DNA of 63,882 nucleotides, the filler included, from Octopus bimaculoides (lineage: Eukaryota): assembly GCF_001194135.2 (NCBI RefSeq). It is 7 parts of 6 records of this genome, joined end to end, with 100 filler letters (N's around TTAATTAATTAA, not from the genome) between each part and the next. Parts side by side here need not be neighbours in the genome. Positions count along the whole stretch, not along the records: positions 1 to 15,075 come from NC_068988.1; 6 more parts are not named here. One strand, written 5' to 3'. A program made the translations under genes and the position numbers. This document shows, one piece after another, positions 1 to 11,620 of the stretch. Position 1 is the first letter of the stretch. Every line of letters starts with the position of its first letter. The notes below the pieces were generated by a model, which did no database searches, had not been told where the DNA came from, and worked only from the letters and a program-made list of their open reading frames with translations.

Positions 1-66
<66 letters not shown>

Positions 67-70
<4 letters not shown>

Positions 71-150
71 TCACTGGGCATATAGCGTAGTGGTTAAGAG
101 CACGGGTTACTAACCCCAAGATTCCGAGTTCGATTCCAGGCAGTGACTTG
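67..150 (+). mobile_element. Short tRNA-derived cassette (SINE-like or tRNA pseudogene) between (ATT)n and (AAT)n
   Basis: A-box-like TAGCGTAGTGGT (83-94) and B-box GAGTTCGATTCC (126-137). The anticodon-like arm GGG-TTACTAA-CCC is only partly paired, with no intact cloverleaf. Ends CAGGTCACTG (67-76) and CAGTGACTTG (141-150) are inverted repeats. Confidence 0.6.
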
Positions 151-425
151 AATAATAATAATAATAATAATAACATGGAAAAATACCTTAGGAATGAGAA
201 CTCAGGCTAGAAATTTCCCCAAGACATATATTTTACTGCATTAACTCAGAAATTTAAATTCTACATAAGTAACAGTAATTGATATCATAGCTCATATCTC
301 ATTTTAAATGCTGGTAAAATTGATATCAAATGGTATTTTCGATAAATACTTCCTGATCGTATAAATTAGCAACCATTCGTTTAGAAGTCATTCAAATTGG
401 CGTGATATCATTAGCTTTCTTCATA

Positions 426-641
426 AAGGCGGCGAGCTAGCAGAATCGTTAGCACGCCGGGAAACACGCTTAGCGGTATTTCGTCTGTCTTTACGTTCTA
501 AGTTCAAATTCTGCCGAGGTCGACTTTGCGTTTCAGCCTTTCGAGGTCGATAAATTAAGTACCAGTTGCGTACTGGAGTCGATCTAATCGACTGGCCCCT
601 CCCCCACCCCAAATTTCGGCCTTGTGCCTAGAGTAGAAAAG
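426..641 (+). mobile_element. tRNA-derived SINE, family B (my label), full length with degenerate TSD
   Basis: Head AAGGCGGCGAGCTAGCAGAATCGTTAGC, B-box-like AAGTTCAAATTCT, core TTCGAGGTCGATAAATTAAGTACCAG and tail GGCCTTGTGCCTAGAGTAGAAAAG, all recurring across the window. Flanking direct repeat ATTAGCTTTCTTCATA (410-425) / ATTATCTTTCTTTATA (642-657). Confidence 0.9.
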
Positions 642-1055
642 ATTATCTTTCTTTATATGACACGCAAGAAAACATGGAGCATCAATACTTAATATATTCA
701 AAATGGCGAAGCATTAAATAAAAAAAAAGCCATCACAATCAACCACGAGAAAACATGCGCAGGAATATATATATATTGAACATGAATTAATATAGATGTT
801 TGTAAACGTGTAAATTGAATGTATACGTGTACATGTGTGGATATGTTCAAATGTGTATGCGTGTGCTTATGTAAAAAGCTGTGTATATGCATTTAGGGAT
901 GATAACGGAACTTTGTTAATAGTAAAAATGGACCTCAAACATAGAGGGCAGTGTCTGTCAACCGTTTAACAGTAACTAAAAGGGTTGATAACCCTGCTTT
1001 AGTAATATCTGCACAAATAATTAACTCGGTAAATAAAGAATTGCAATAGTTTCTA

Positions 1056-1087
<32 letters not shown>

Positions 1088-4022
1088 NNNNNNNNNNNNN
1101 NNNNNNNNNNNNNNNNNNNNNNNNNNNNNNNNNNNNNNNNNNNNNNNNNNNNNNNNNNNNNNNNNNNNNNNNNNNNNNNNNNNNNNNCATGCAGACATAT
1201 GCCTTGTATTTTGGTACCAGGATCCTGTGTGTATCAGCATTCCTTAAGATTAGCTTGTGTGAATTATTAGCCAGTTCATGGAACCGTTAAACTATCAAAC
1301 ACACAGAGAGAAAGACCACACTGGGCTTAGCTTTGTCAAGGGAAAATGTCGGTCGATACTGTTTTGGAAGCTGAGTATGCACACATGCGTACGTACGTAC
1401 ATACATACATACATACATGCATGCATACATACACACATATTATGTACACGTATGTATATGTATTTGTTTATATATGCACATATGTATATGTATATGTACA
1501 TATGTATCAGGGTATAATACCTATCTATCTATCTATATACATGCGNNNNNNNNNNNNNNNNNNNNNNNNNNNNNNNNNNNNNNNNNNNNNNNNNNNNNNN
1601 NNNNNNNNNNNNNNNNNNNNNNNNNNNNNNNNNNNNNNNNNNNNNNNNNNNNNNNNNNNNNNNNNNNNNNNNNNNNNNNNNNNNNNNNNNNNNNNNNNNN
1701 NNNNNNNNNNNNNNNNNNNNNNNNNNNNNNNNNNNNNNNNNNNNNNNNNNNNNNNNNNNNNNNNNNNNNNNNNNNNNNNNNNNNNNNNNNNNNNNNNNNN
1801 NNNNNNNNNNNNNNNNNNNNNNNNNNNNNNNNNNNNNNNNNNNNNNNNNNNNNNNNNNNNNNNNNNNNNNNNNNNNNNNNNNNNNNNNNNNNNNNNNNNN
1901 NNNNNNNNNNNNNNNNNNNNNNNNNNNNNNNNNNNNNNNNTATATATATATATGTAAATACGCAAACGCGCCTACACACACACACGCACACACATACTTA
2001 GATATACATTAAGACATACGCAATAACATGCAAACTCTCACACGCGCACACAAACAAGCGTGTTAACACTGAACATTGATAGTAACCCAAAGTGACAAAC
2101 AGGAATATAATCTTGTAAAATGTCTTAGTGATATATTCGATGTTGATATCTAATATCTATTATAATCTTGAAAAGTACACACATTTATAAATGAATAAAT
2201 AAATAGATGAATGAAATAAATATCCAGCGAAACAACCTATTTGTCAGAAGTAATTCTGCTTATCAAAATTTTGCTTACGAAGGAGGAACCTCACCAGCCG
2301 TGGGTAAAATTTTACTGGCATCAAATGTCAAAACCATCGTCAACTAAACTCGTCGACGAAGCTTCTGAAATGACAAGCGTAAGTTTAGTGAAGGTCGTGT
2401 AACATCGTCCTCAACGGTTTCGACTTCGTGGCTCACTGGAGATCAAATGTACAGTTCTGTCGCAATTTCTACGGAAAGCAAAATACGCCTGGCGCACTTT
2501 GAATAGGGATTGTATAAATGTCTTTTACTTAAGAGCATAGAAAAAAACCCCCACTTAGAAAACCATTATTTGACCCGTGATCAGGTTCTATAAAAGAGGG
2601 TCTCAATCGATATATTTGGTCGAGGCTCGGAGAACCAAAGAGGAGCACATGACTATCTGCCGGGCTCCTCCCTACAAAAGAAAACTTACAGGCTTTTAAA
2701 TTTCTGAGAGTCCCCTCCCTCCCGAAAACAGTCGTGTTCCGCTTTGCCAAATTTCCCTCGGAGACCTTTAACGTGCCCAATAAAATTACAAATATGTTTT
2801 TAAAACACTGAAACTTTAATATGGATTTCTTAAACCATTAATATTATATATATATATTTTTAAAATCCGTGTCTCACCGTTTGAAAACCCTAGTTTAAAT
2901 CCTTTAAAAGAAAAAGAAAATTAATGTCTGTTTCGAACTTATGAATTGGGAGAAATTCAAGAAAAATAGTCTTTTATTTTTATAGCATAAATGCACTCCT
3001 CTTTAGTGCTTCTGTACGTCCAATTCGGCTGTGATACTAAAATGGTTCCCCACTTCTGCTGCACATATTTGAATAGCAATCAAATAAACGACTTAAAAGA
3101 CCATCATATTAACATTTGTCAGTGATGTATATTTTACCGTTTCCCAGCTGGCCACCAGACATGAATGAAGACTTCAATACACATCACCCACAATGTCATT
3201 TTCGATCGGCAAATAACAAAATGGCAGCCACCGTGTCAGAAAGACGACAATTCACTTCTACCAACCAAAATAATCTCTCAGTGGAGGATTTATATAGTTT
3301 CTTTTAGGAACAAATAGTGTTCCACAAACACCGTTAACATCAGCCCAAATGTATTTTGCAGCGCCAAAAAAAAAAAACATATTTGTATGTATGCTTATAT
3401 AAATATTTAGCATTCGTTTATTCTTTTATTTTAAGCCAATAGACTGTAGACGTGTTTGAGTACTGCCTTTAAAGGTAGAGGAACACTCCGTATTTATTAC
3501 ATAAGAATACATCGACCCGGTATTTGTGTAGACTGGCGCTTATTTTGTCGATATCGGAATGTAAACGCGAAATTGACGTAAGCGTGGTTTGAATTCAAAT
3601 CATATACAACTAATCAAACACCGAGGGAGCTTCTACCTAATGTAAAAATAAGAAAAGAGGGCCACGATTAAAATCAAAATCAGTTTTAAGGATTTAGGAA
3701 ATCCATACTAAACGGTTTGGGGTGTTTTCAAAATAAGTCATTCATAATTTTGTTCGACACGTTGAAGGTCTCCGCGGGAAATTTGTCAAGATAGAACACG
3801 ACTGACTACGAGCCCCGGAAGGGTGAAGACCCACTCAGAATTCTAGCGGCTGTAGAATTTTTTAGGTAGGGGTGCGACAGATAGTCACGTGCCTCTATTT
3901 GGCTCTCCGACTCCAGACTGATGTCCTAGTTGAAGCTTTCTCTTATAAGATTTGATTGCGTCATTAATTAAAGCAATAATGTCTTAACTAGTTAAAAGTG
4001 TATCCGAAACAAAAGGTGGGTG

Positions 4023-4096
4023 GATGTGGTGACGGTGAGAATATCTTTGATGTGATGACGGTGGGAATATCTTTGATGTGATGACGGTGGGAATAT
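4023..4096. repeat. 26-bp minisatellite, about 2.8 copies
   Basis: GATGTGRTGACGGTGRGAATATCTTT at 4023-4048 and 4049-4074, partial copy at 4075-4096. Confidence 0.9.
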
Positions 4097-4828
4097 ACTC
4101 AATCAGGGTTGAGCTTCTGAACAACACTGACACCGTTTTTCGTCTGGGATTCTATTAAATCTGTTGTTCAACGCCATCTTTAATCATGTTTTACAACATA
4201 CACTGTATTTCTGAAATATCACCACAAAGCACAACTCTTTAGACTGACACTCGTGAATTGCACAAAGTTTATCTTATTCCTTGTAAACGAAAAATAATAA
4301 AGCAGTAATCTGTTCACTTTTGGCGGAATGATTGATTAGTATTTTAGTTTATTTAATCATAAACTCACTCGGGGACTATAACAGCAATGTGACTATGTCA
4401 CTCTTGAAATGTTATATGACTCCACATTCGTGTATGAGATATTTATAATTGCATGTTATTAATAAAGAATTCATATCGTTTGCTATATTATATTTCGCAA
4501 ACGACACAACGGTCCTGAAATAATCATAAAATCAATCGTATGATAGCAATATGATAAACGGTGAAACCATTTACGCTTGTCTGCTCTCATAGTTTTTGCT
4601 CCTATAAACATTATTATTTCTATATTCATTGGACAGAAAATGGGCCAATAAACAAAAAGTAACAACAAAATTTTTAAAAATGTTGAATTTCCTGATGTTT
4701 TAGGACTGTAGAAGATAATCGCTTGGGTCTGGGTATTGTATATTAAATGTAATCATAGATTAATCTGAAGAAATAATACTCAAAAGTGTGCGTGTGTGAA
4801 GGGGAGGAGAGTGTGTGTGTGAGAGAGA

Positions 4829-4870
<42 letters not shown>

Positions 4871-5083
4871 CAGACAAAGATTTCAGAAACAACAGTTACA
4901 GAATAAAAGAGACAAAATAGCGAACTCCAAGAGCTGATTGTACCTTATGAAATTCCACATATTGATTTATAACAGATCAATGTTTCAATTTTTCGAGAAC
5001 GTTAATCGAACCGAGGAACTGAAGTCGAAGTCCTGGGACAGGTAGAAATCACCTGAAAACTTCTTCATATCATAAGGGGGAAG

Positions 5084-5838
5084 AAGGCGTTGAGCTGGTA
5101 GAATCGTTAGGAAGCCGGACGAAACAATAATTCGACCGTCTTTACGTTCTGAGACCTTTCCTTTTTTTCGGTGGTCGACAAAATAAAGTACCATTTGAGC
5201 CCTGGCACGATATAATCGACTAACCCCATCCCTCGATAGTGCTGGCCTTGTACCAAAATTTGAACTCAATATTGTAAGAAAGCGTTCAGACGGTGAGCTG
5301 GCAGAATCGCGAGCAGGCCGGACGAAATGCTGAGCGGCGTTTCGTCCGCCTTTGCGTTCTGAGTTCAAATTCCGCCGAGATCGTTTTTGCCTTTTGTTCT
5401 TCGGGATCAATAAAATTAAGTTCCAGTTAAGCACTGGGATCGATGTAATCGATTTACCACTCTTCAGAAATTGCTAGGCTCGTGCCAAAATTTGAAATCA
5501 ATATTAGAAGGAAGCGTTAGCACGACCGGGCGAAATGCTGAGCGGCGTTTCTTTCTGCTCTTTACGTTCTGAGTTCAAATTCCGCCGAGGTCGACTTTGC
5601 CTTTCATCCTTTCGGGGGCGATAAAATAAGATAACAGTTGAGCACTGGGGTCGATGTAGTCGACTTNNNNNNNNNNNNNNNNNNNNNNNNNNNNNNNNNN
5701 NNNNNNNNNNNNNNNNNNNNNNNNNNNNNNNNNNNNNNNNNNNNNNNNNNNNNNNNNNNNNNNNNNNNNNNNNNNNNNNNNNNNNNNNNNNNNNNNNNNN
5801 NNNNNNNNNNNNCCCCCCCCCCACTCCCCCCAAATTCC
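5084..5838 (+). mobile_element. Head-to-tail stack of three SINE-B copies, the third interrupted by an N gap
   Basis: Head/core/tail repeated at about 5084-5273, 5287-5505 and 5506-5838. Each carries GAGTTCAAATTCCGCCGAG or a degraded version, plus the GATAAAAT-AGTACCAG core. Confidence 0.85.
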
Positions 5839-6197
5839 AGAACTCCTCGAAGAAGAGGCAACAGGCTTTGTTCATTGGGCGTTATACGAGAAAATAACAA
5901 TTGAAGAATATAAAATAAGAAAAAAAGGTGAGAGAAGAGAAAGGGAAAGAGAGAAAGAAAGAAAAGATAGTTGACAGCTTCACCGGGTGAGGAGAAGAAG
6001 GGTGGAGAGGTTTATAATCACCGACGCGGGTAGGCTTGGTACACGACGAAGAAAATGTTGATGGATTATATCAGTCCTCGTACTTGATATTACTTTTTTT
6101 TTTATCTCTCCCACAAATGATGAGAGATTTAACCGATTCCTTTAGGATTTCAGCTCGCTGCATAACTGTTCGCAAGTAAACCTAATTTAATTTAAAT

Positions 6198-6445
6198 GGG
6201 TGTGTGGTAAGAAGCTTGTTTCTCAACCACATTGTTCCAGGTTCAGTCTCACTGCGTGGAACCTTGGGCAAGTGTCTTCTGCTATGGCCTCGGGTCGACC
6301 AAAGCCTTGTGAGTGGATTTAGTAGACGGGAACTGAAAGAAACCCGTTGTATACATATATATGTATATATCTATGTGTGTGTGTGTGTGTCTTTGTATCT
6401 ATGTTTGATCCCCCCCCCCTTACTTGACAACCGGTGCTGGTGTGA
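6198..6445 (+). mobile_element. tRNA-derived SINE, family A (my label), 3'-truncated
   Basis: GTGTGGTAAGAAGCTTG...CCTTGGGCAAGTGTCTTCTGCTATGGCCTCGGGTCGACCAAAGCCTTGTGAGTGG matches the full copies at 16581 and 23950. Confidence 0.85.
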
Positions 6446-6570
6446 TCAACCGACCTTACGAGTTCTAGGGCACGAGAATAATAATAATAAAAAAAATAAT
6501 AATAATAGTAATCATGATAATAATAATCATGATAATAGTAAAAATAACAATAATGATAATAATAATCATC

Positions 6571-6695
6571 ATTTCTATTGAAGACATAAGGCCTGAAATT
6601 TGGTGGGAGGGGCCAAGTCGATTAGATCGACCCAATTTATCAACCCCGAAAGGATGAAAGGAAAAGTCGACCTCGGCGGAATTTGAACCCAGAAC
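6571..6695 (-). mobile_element. SINE-B partial copy
   Basis: Reverse complement of the B core and tail (AAGGCCTGAAATTT...GTCGACCTCGGCGGAATTTGAAC). Confidence 0.8.
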
Positions 6696-6935
6696 TTAGT
6701 GTATATTTCGAGTCGCTTCGGCTGTAAAGTTTCCTTGCTCTTTGGATACTTCTATGTTAGAAAGGGTTTTCATCAAAGAAATTTTAATTCTATTATTCAG
6801 TAAAATAGTATTTAATTAGCTCAAATATACACAAATGCATAAAAATAATTTTTAATTCCATTAGACATTCTAAAATACTATTAAATTTCATTCAATTTAA
6901 AAAAAGGTAAAACCGGACAGAACTTATGGGATGAC

Positions 6936-6972
<37 letters not shown>

Positions 6973-7611
6973 CTGCTGCGTTTCATAGAACCAGCGGCAA
7001 GTGTCGTGTTCGGTCGACGATCGACGACGCAATCTGCGCCTCCATCCACCATATTGGATAAGGTTAATGTGTAAACAGCCGCCAGTATTAGCGTTTGTGA
7101 TATCTTAGCTATGATCCATTTGCTCTCATTAGATAACGAAAGCGGTTTTCAATAATCCCACTTCTCTTTCTAATCTGGTTTGGAATTCCGTTGTGCATCA
7201 TAATTTGGCATCGACTTTTGCAACTGATATACGCTTTGACTGGAATATAGTTGTAATAGAGATAGAGCGTCGCTTATAATGAGTATCCAACAGCTTTCTA
7301 ATGTAGTGGAATAAGTAATATCAGTTACATTCAGAGAGAGAGAGAGGGGAGAGAGAGAGATGGGGGACGGAGAGAGAGATGGGGGACGGAGAGAGAGATG
7401 GGGGTAGGGGGAGTAAAATTAAAATTTAATGCTCTTCAGACATCTAAACTTCGTATTATATAATAATCGGAAGATTTTAATTTCCACCGATATTTTCTCC
7501 TCTCTGTCTGTATGTCTGTCTATTTGTTTGTCTGTCAGTCTGTCGCTTCCTCCCGCTCTCTCTCTCCCTCCCCCTCTCTCTCTCTTTATAAATATATTAT
7601 CTTTTACATAT

Positions 7612-7738
7612 TTCAATCATTAGACTGCAGCCAAGTTGGAGCACAACCATGAAGAATTTTAGTCGAATGAATCGAAACCAGTTTTTTTTAAAGCACCGGT
7701 TGTCAAGTGGTGGTGAGAGACAAAAGCACATGCACGCT

Positions 7739-7770
<32 letters not shown>

Positions 7771-7908
7771 TTCCATCTACCAGATCCACTCACAAGGCTT
7801 TGGCCGGACTGGGGTAAAACTAGAAGACACTTGCAAAGATGCCATGCAGTGGGATTGAACCTGGAACCATATGGTTGGGAAGGAAACTTCTTGCAGCACA
7901 GTCAGGCC
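7612..7908 (-). mobile_element. SINE-A degraded copy with internal (CA)n
   Basis: TCATTAGACTGCAGCC...(CA)n...ATCCACTCACAAGGCTTTGG...GAAGACACTTGC...CAGTGGGATTGAACC. Confidence 0.8.
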
Positions 7909-9141
7909 GGCCCCTATGTATATGTGGTCGATGTTCAGCTTCGTGTATGATTAAAACCACGAAGAAAACACCTTCCAGTTATCCCTGTTTCATCCTTTTG
8001 CAAAGCCAGATTACTTTATCCAACAGGTCTTTCTTTGTTTTAGACGATAGGCTGAAGTTTAAGAAATTTAGCTGCCATGTCTAGCAGGCCAAGTGGCCTC
8101 GTATAGAGGCCCTGTGTGTGTGATATTTCTCTCATCCCGAGTTGTGAGAGAGCAGTTACCAAAGAACATTTCCCTCACTCTCTGCACACATTAAGTTAAT
8201 TATTAATCAATTTACACTTCCGAGTTCCCTCCCTTAAATTTTTTGGCAAGAATTGACTTTTCTTTTCATTATGGCATAATTTCAATGGACTGAAAATTGA
8301 AACTTCTTTCGCGATTCACTACACTAATATTTACCAGCACTTCGCATTACACTCTCCACGCAGAAGGGATCTCAAGGAAAAAATTCCGGTGTCATACACA
8401 CAAACCAATCCAAAAAGCTTTCGACCATTCATGCGCTTGTGAGTGATTACGAGCACCCAAGTCTATGAAACGGTTAAGTGTGCCTTCAGGTATTTCTTTA
8501 TTATATCCGTTTCTATATATACAAAGTCAGCAGGTTCCATATAGAAGGAAAACTTTGGAATGTACCCACCCACCTCGATGACTAGCGGCAATTATGCTGA
8601 AAACTCAGCATTTCCTTCCTTCCTTTTTTTTTCCTTCCTTCCTTCCTTTTTTTTTCCTTCCTTCCTTCCTTTTTTTTTTCCTTCCTTCCTTCCTTCCATT
8701 CTTCTTTAGCACAATGTATCACCTTCGAAGTAGGTTACATTACAATTATCTCGCTACAGGACTCCTATATATTTGAACAAGTGTGATGTTAGTGTTATGT
8801 TTTTCTATCATTTTAAAACATAAACAAAATACACATGCACGCACACGCACACGCACGCACACACACACACACACCGGCAACAAATGAATAAATAAAAACT
8901 AGCTTATGTAATTAATAAATAAAGTAAAACAAAAATAAAAATACTTGACTGGGTCAGCAGAATTAAAATAGACAAAACCTGTGTGTAAGTGCGTGCACGA
9001 TTACATATACGTATCTACATATACCTATCCACACACACACACACACACATATATATATGTATGTATGTATACATGTATATATATGTATATGCATATGTAT
9101 TTATATGATTTTTGTAACCAGATAAATGTATATATTTATAC

Positions 9142-9174
<33 letters not shown>

Positions 9175-9225
9175 CGCATGTAAAAGTAAATATACATACA
9201 TGTACATATATATACATAAATATAT

Positions 9226-9558
9226 AAGGTCCCTGAATAAGGTTTGTTTAAGGATGTTGAGCAAAACACCCATGTTTCCAAAGCTGAATTATTCAAACCC
9301 CAAAGAATTCCTCTCAACACATGGCTATGATGCTTCACCACTACTTCTGCTCGTGATCAGAGATGCACATATCGTCAGCCACCAAGGGACATGCTCAACT
9401 GGTTAAGCAAACAACTGACAAGCAAATCTGTGGCGTCGAGCAGAATATTTGCTGTGGCCCATCTTTTATGCCAAGATAAAACAATGTACATGATAACACT
9501 TCCAACCAGTTAAGATCAAAAGCCTTGAGAGCCACTGCCTGGTACTGCATCCGGGCAT
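9226..9558. mobile_element. Truncated copy of the ~550-bp interspersed element at 60935-61484
   Basis: Shares long near-identical blocks with 61150-61484, e.g. CCACTACTTCTGCTCGTGATCAGAGATGCACATATCGTCAGCCAC, and ends CTGCCTGGTACTGCATCCGGGCAT followed by (TTC)n/(TTA)n. Confidence 0.85.
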
Positions 9559-9697
9559 TTCTTCTTCTTCTTCTTCTTATTATTATTATGTTGTTTTTTT
9601 CTTCTTTTTTCAAATTATCTTCCATTTCTCGCCGAGTGTTTTCCGTACACCTAGGGCAGAGAAATTCATTGTATGCATTCCCAGTTTACACACGCAA

Positions 9698-9748
<51 letters not shown>

Positions 9749-9922
9749 TTACTTCTCTGAGCTCTCGGTGTTACTTGCTCTGGTTGATCCTGTGAGAGCG
9801 GGCAGCAATCTGTTGCCAGGGGTCTCACAGGGTTTCCTTCCGCAAATCATAAACTTTGGTACTTGGATATTAACTTTGGTGGATGGCACTCAACACCCAA
9901 GCACCAATCTCAAAGCACTAGA

Positions 9923-10044
9923 TGTCCCCAATAGAGCAGTTTTGGGGGCCTGCTCTGCCCTCATGCCAATACCAGTTTCTCGGACATATTGCCATGAGGG
10001 CAGAGCAAGCCTCCCCGCCTCCGCCAAATGTTCTATTGGGGACA
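9923..10044. other. 122-bp imperfect palindrome (hairpin or mini-MITE)
   Basis: Outer arms TGTCCCCAATAGAGCA / TGTTCTATTGGGGACA pair 15/16. Inner arms TGCTCTGCCCTCATGCCAATA / TATTGCCATGAGGGCAGAGCA pair 20/21 around a 15-nt loop. Confidence 0.75.
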
Positions 10045-10046
10045 GC

Positions 10047-10158
10047 AAGGGCGGTGAGCCGGTAGAATTGTCAACATGCCGGACAAAACGCTTTGAAACA
10101 TTTCGTTCGTCAGTACGTTCCGAGTTCAAATTTTGGTTAGTTCGACTTTGCCTTTTAC
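10047..10158 (+). mobile_element. SINE-B 5' fragment
   Basis: GGGCGGTGAGCCGGTAGAATTG...GAGTTCAAATTTTGG...TTCGACTTTGCC. Confidence 0.7.
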
Positions 10159-10167
10159 ATGTTATGA

Positions 10168-10556
10168 GTCATTGGACTGCGGCCCTGCTGGGGTACCGCC
10201 TTGAAGGGTTTAGTCGAAAAATCGCCCCCCAATTTTTTTTTGTAACTATGGTATTTATTCTATCGAACACTTTGTTAAACCACTAAGTTCGGGGATGGAA
10301 ACAAACTAACACTGTTTGTCAAGCGACGTAAGTGTGTATGCGTGTGTGTGGGGTGTACGAAAAAACACACGCACACACACACACACACACATGTACACAC
10401 AGATATTTACATGACGGACTTCCACGTAGTTCCTTTCTACCAACCAAATTCACTCACAAAGCACTGATCTGCTCGGGGCTATAGCAGAAGACACTTGACC
10501 AAGGTGCCCGCCGTGGAACTGAGCCCGAGACCACTTGACTGCAAAGCGAACTCCAA
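10168..10556 (-). mobile_element. SINE-A old copy with internal (TG)/(CA) tract
   Basis: TCATTGGACTGCGGCC...TTGTCAAGCG-[microsatellite]-TTCACTCACAAAGC...GAAGACACTTGACCAAGGTGCC. Confidence 0.75.
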
Positions 10557-11429
10557 AACCGTATCTTGTTTTAAATCTAAAGTCTCCCAAAATCAGTTGT
10601 GTTCAAAATGTATCAGGCTAACTCGTTAAGATGCGCTCCGATGATTTTTTTAGAAAGGTTGGGCGGCTTCCGTCAGTGTTTTTAAGTAACCCACATATTT
10701 GTTAAGAGCTTATTAGTAATGGCACCATAACTTAAAGAATATTATTCTCCAGTCTACAGCTCACCTCCTCCAGTCATCGTTCCTAGCTACTGAAACCTAC
10801 ATACAGGTGAGCCCATGTAGAGGGCATCCGGAGAAGATTTTAGACGTCAGAGTTACTTCATATCGACAAGAAACGGAGGGCTTCACCGAAAACGTGACAT
10901 TTCTTGTCTCTGCAAACGTTATAAAAACTAGAGGGTTTCTTTTTTTTTTTAACAAGCTCGAGTAGTTGAAGTCTAAGGAGAATTGGCAGCTAAAGAGAAT
11001 ACCCCAGAGACCTTAGACAAACCGGTGTATATTTCATTAATTTCCTCTCCATGAACAGGCATCGGTGAAAGTTTGTTATAATCATAATAATATGTATTGC
11101 ATAGTCGTTCGAAGACGGAAGAAGCAGTGTAATCTGAGATATAACTCTGAGGCCGAGTACACCAATGATTTCACATTACGCAACAACTCTTTTTCAAAAG
11201 TTCAAGGGTTGACGTACTTTTCTTAAATGTGGAGTGGTGCTACTGCCACACACACAGACATCCTCGACTGTGTTCAAAAGAACATTTGACAGACTGACTG
11301 ATGCTACAATATTCTCCTCTCTAAACTAACAAGCTATGTGCTACCGCTATAATATGCATGGATTTTTTTTATTCATTCAGTCGATTCATCCCGAAACTCT
11401 TCCTTAGATACTTTGCACAATTATTCCTT

Positions 11430-11620
11430 TGTTGTGTCTGGGGAGAGTCATTCTCTTTTAGTGCTTTATACTTTAACACACTCACCGGTAAACTTTGAAA
11501 AGGTTGCAAGAACGCAACGAAAATTTTAGAAAAATAAAGAGCGAAATGAATGGAAATTTTACCGGTGAGTGTGTCAAATTATAAGACACCAAAAGAGAAT
11601 GACTCTCCCCAGACACAACA
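11430..11620. mobile_element. MITE-like element, ~190 bp with ~65-bp terminal inverted repeats
   Basis: Left TGTTGTGTCTGGGGAGAGTCATTCTCTTTTAGTGCTTTATACTTTAACACACTCACCGGTAAA is the reverse complement, with few mismatches, of right TTTACCGGTGAGTGTGTCAAATTATAAGACACCAAAAGAGAATGACTCTCCCCAGACACAACA. No ORF. TSD not resolved. Confidence 0.8.

Noticed and set aside
2248-2378. Candidate plus-strand exons at 2248-2378, 3148-3307 and 10753-10806
   Set aside because: Splice-like boundaries exist, but the peptides are unrecognisable and no consistent chain emerges, which is expected by chance.
3218-3229. YY1-like motifs AAAATGGCAGCC (3218) and CAAGATGGCC (42038)
   Set aside because: Imperfect short matches with no supporting promoter context.
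6699-6832. 13-bp inverted repeat GTGTATATTT(C)GAG / CTCAAATATACAC
   Set aside because: Short, AT-rich, contains an indel, and has no TSD.
9525-10286. 253-aa ORF
   Set aside because: It is stitched from the end of an interspersed repeat, (TTA)n, a hairpin and two SINE fragments.
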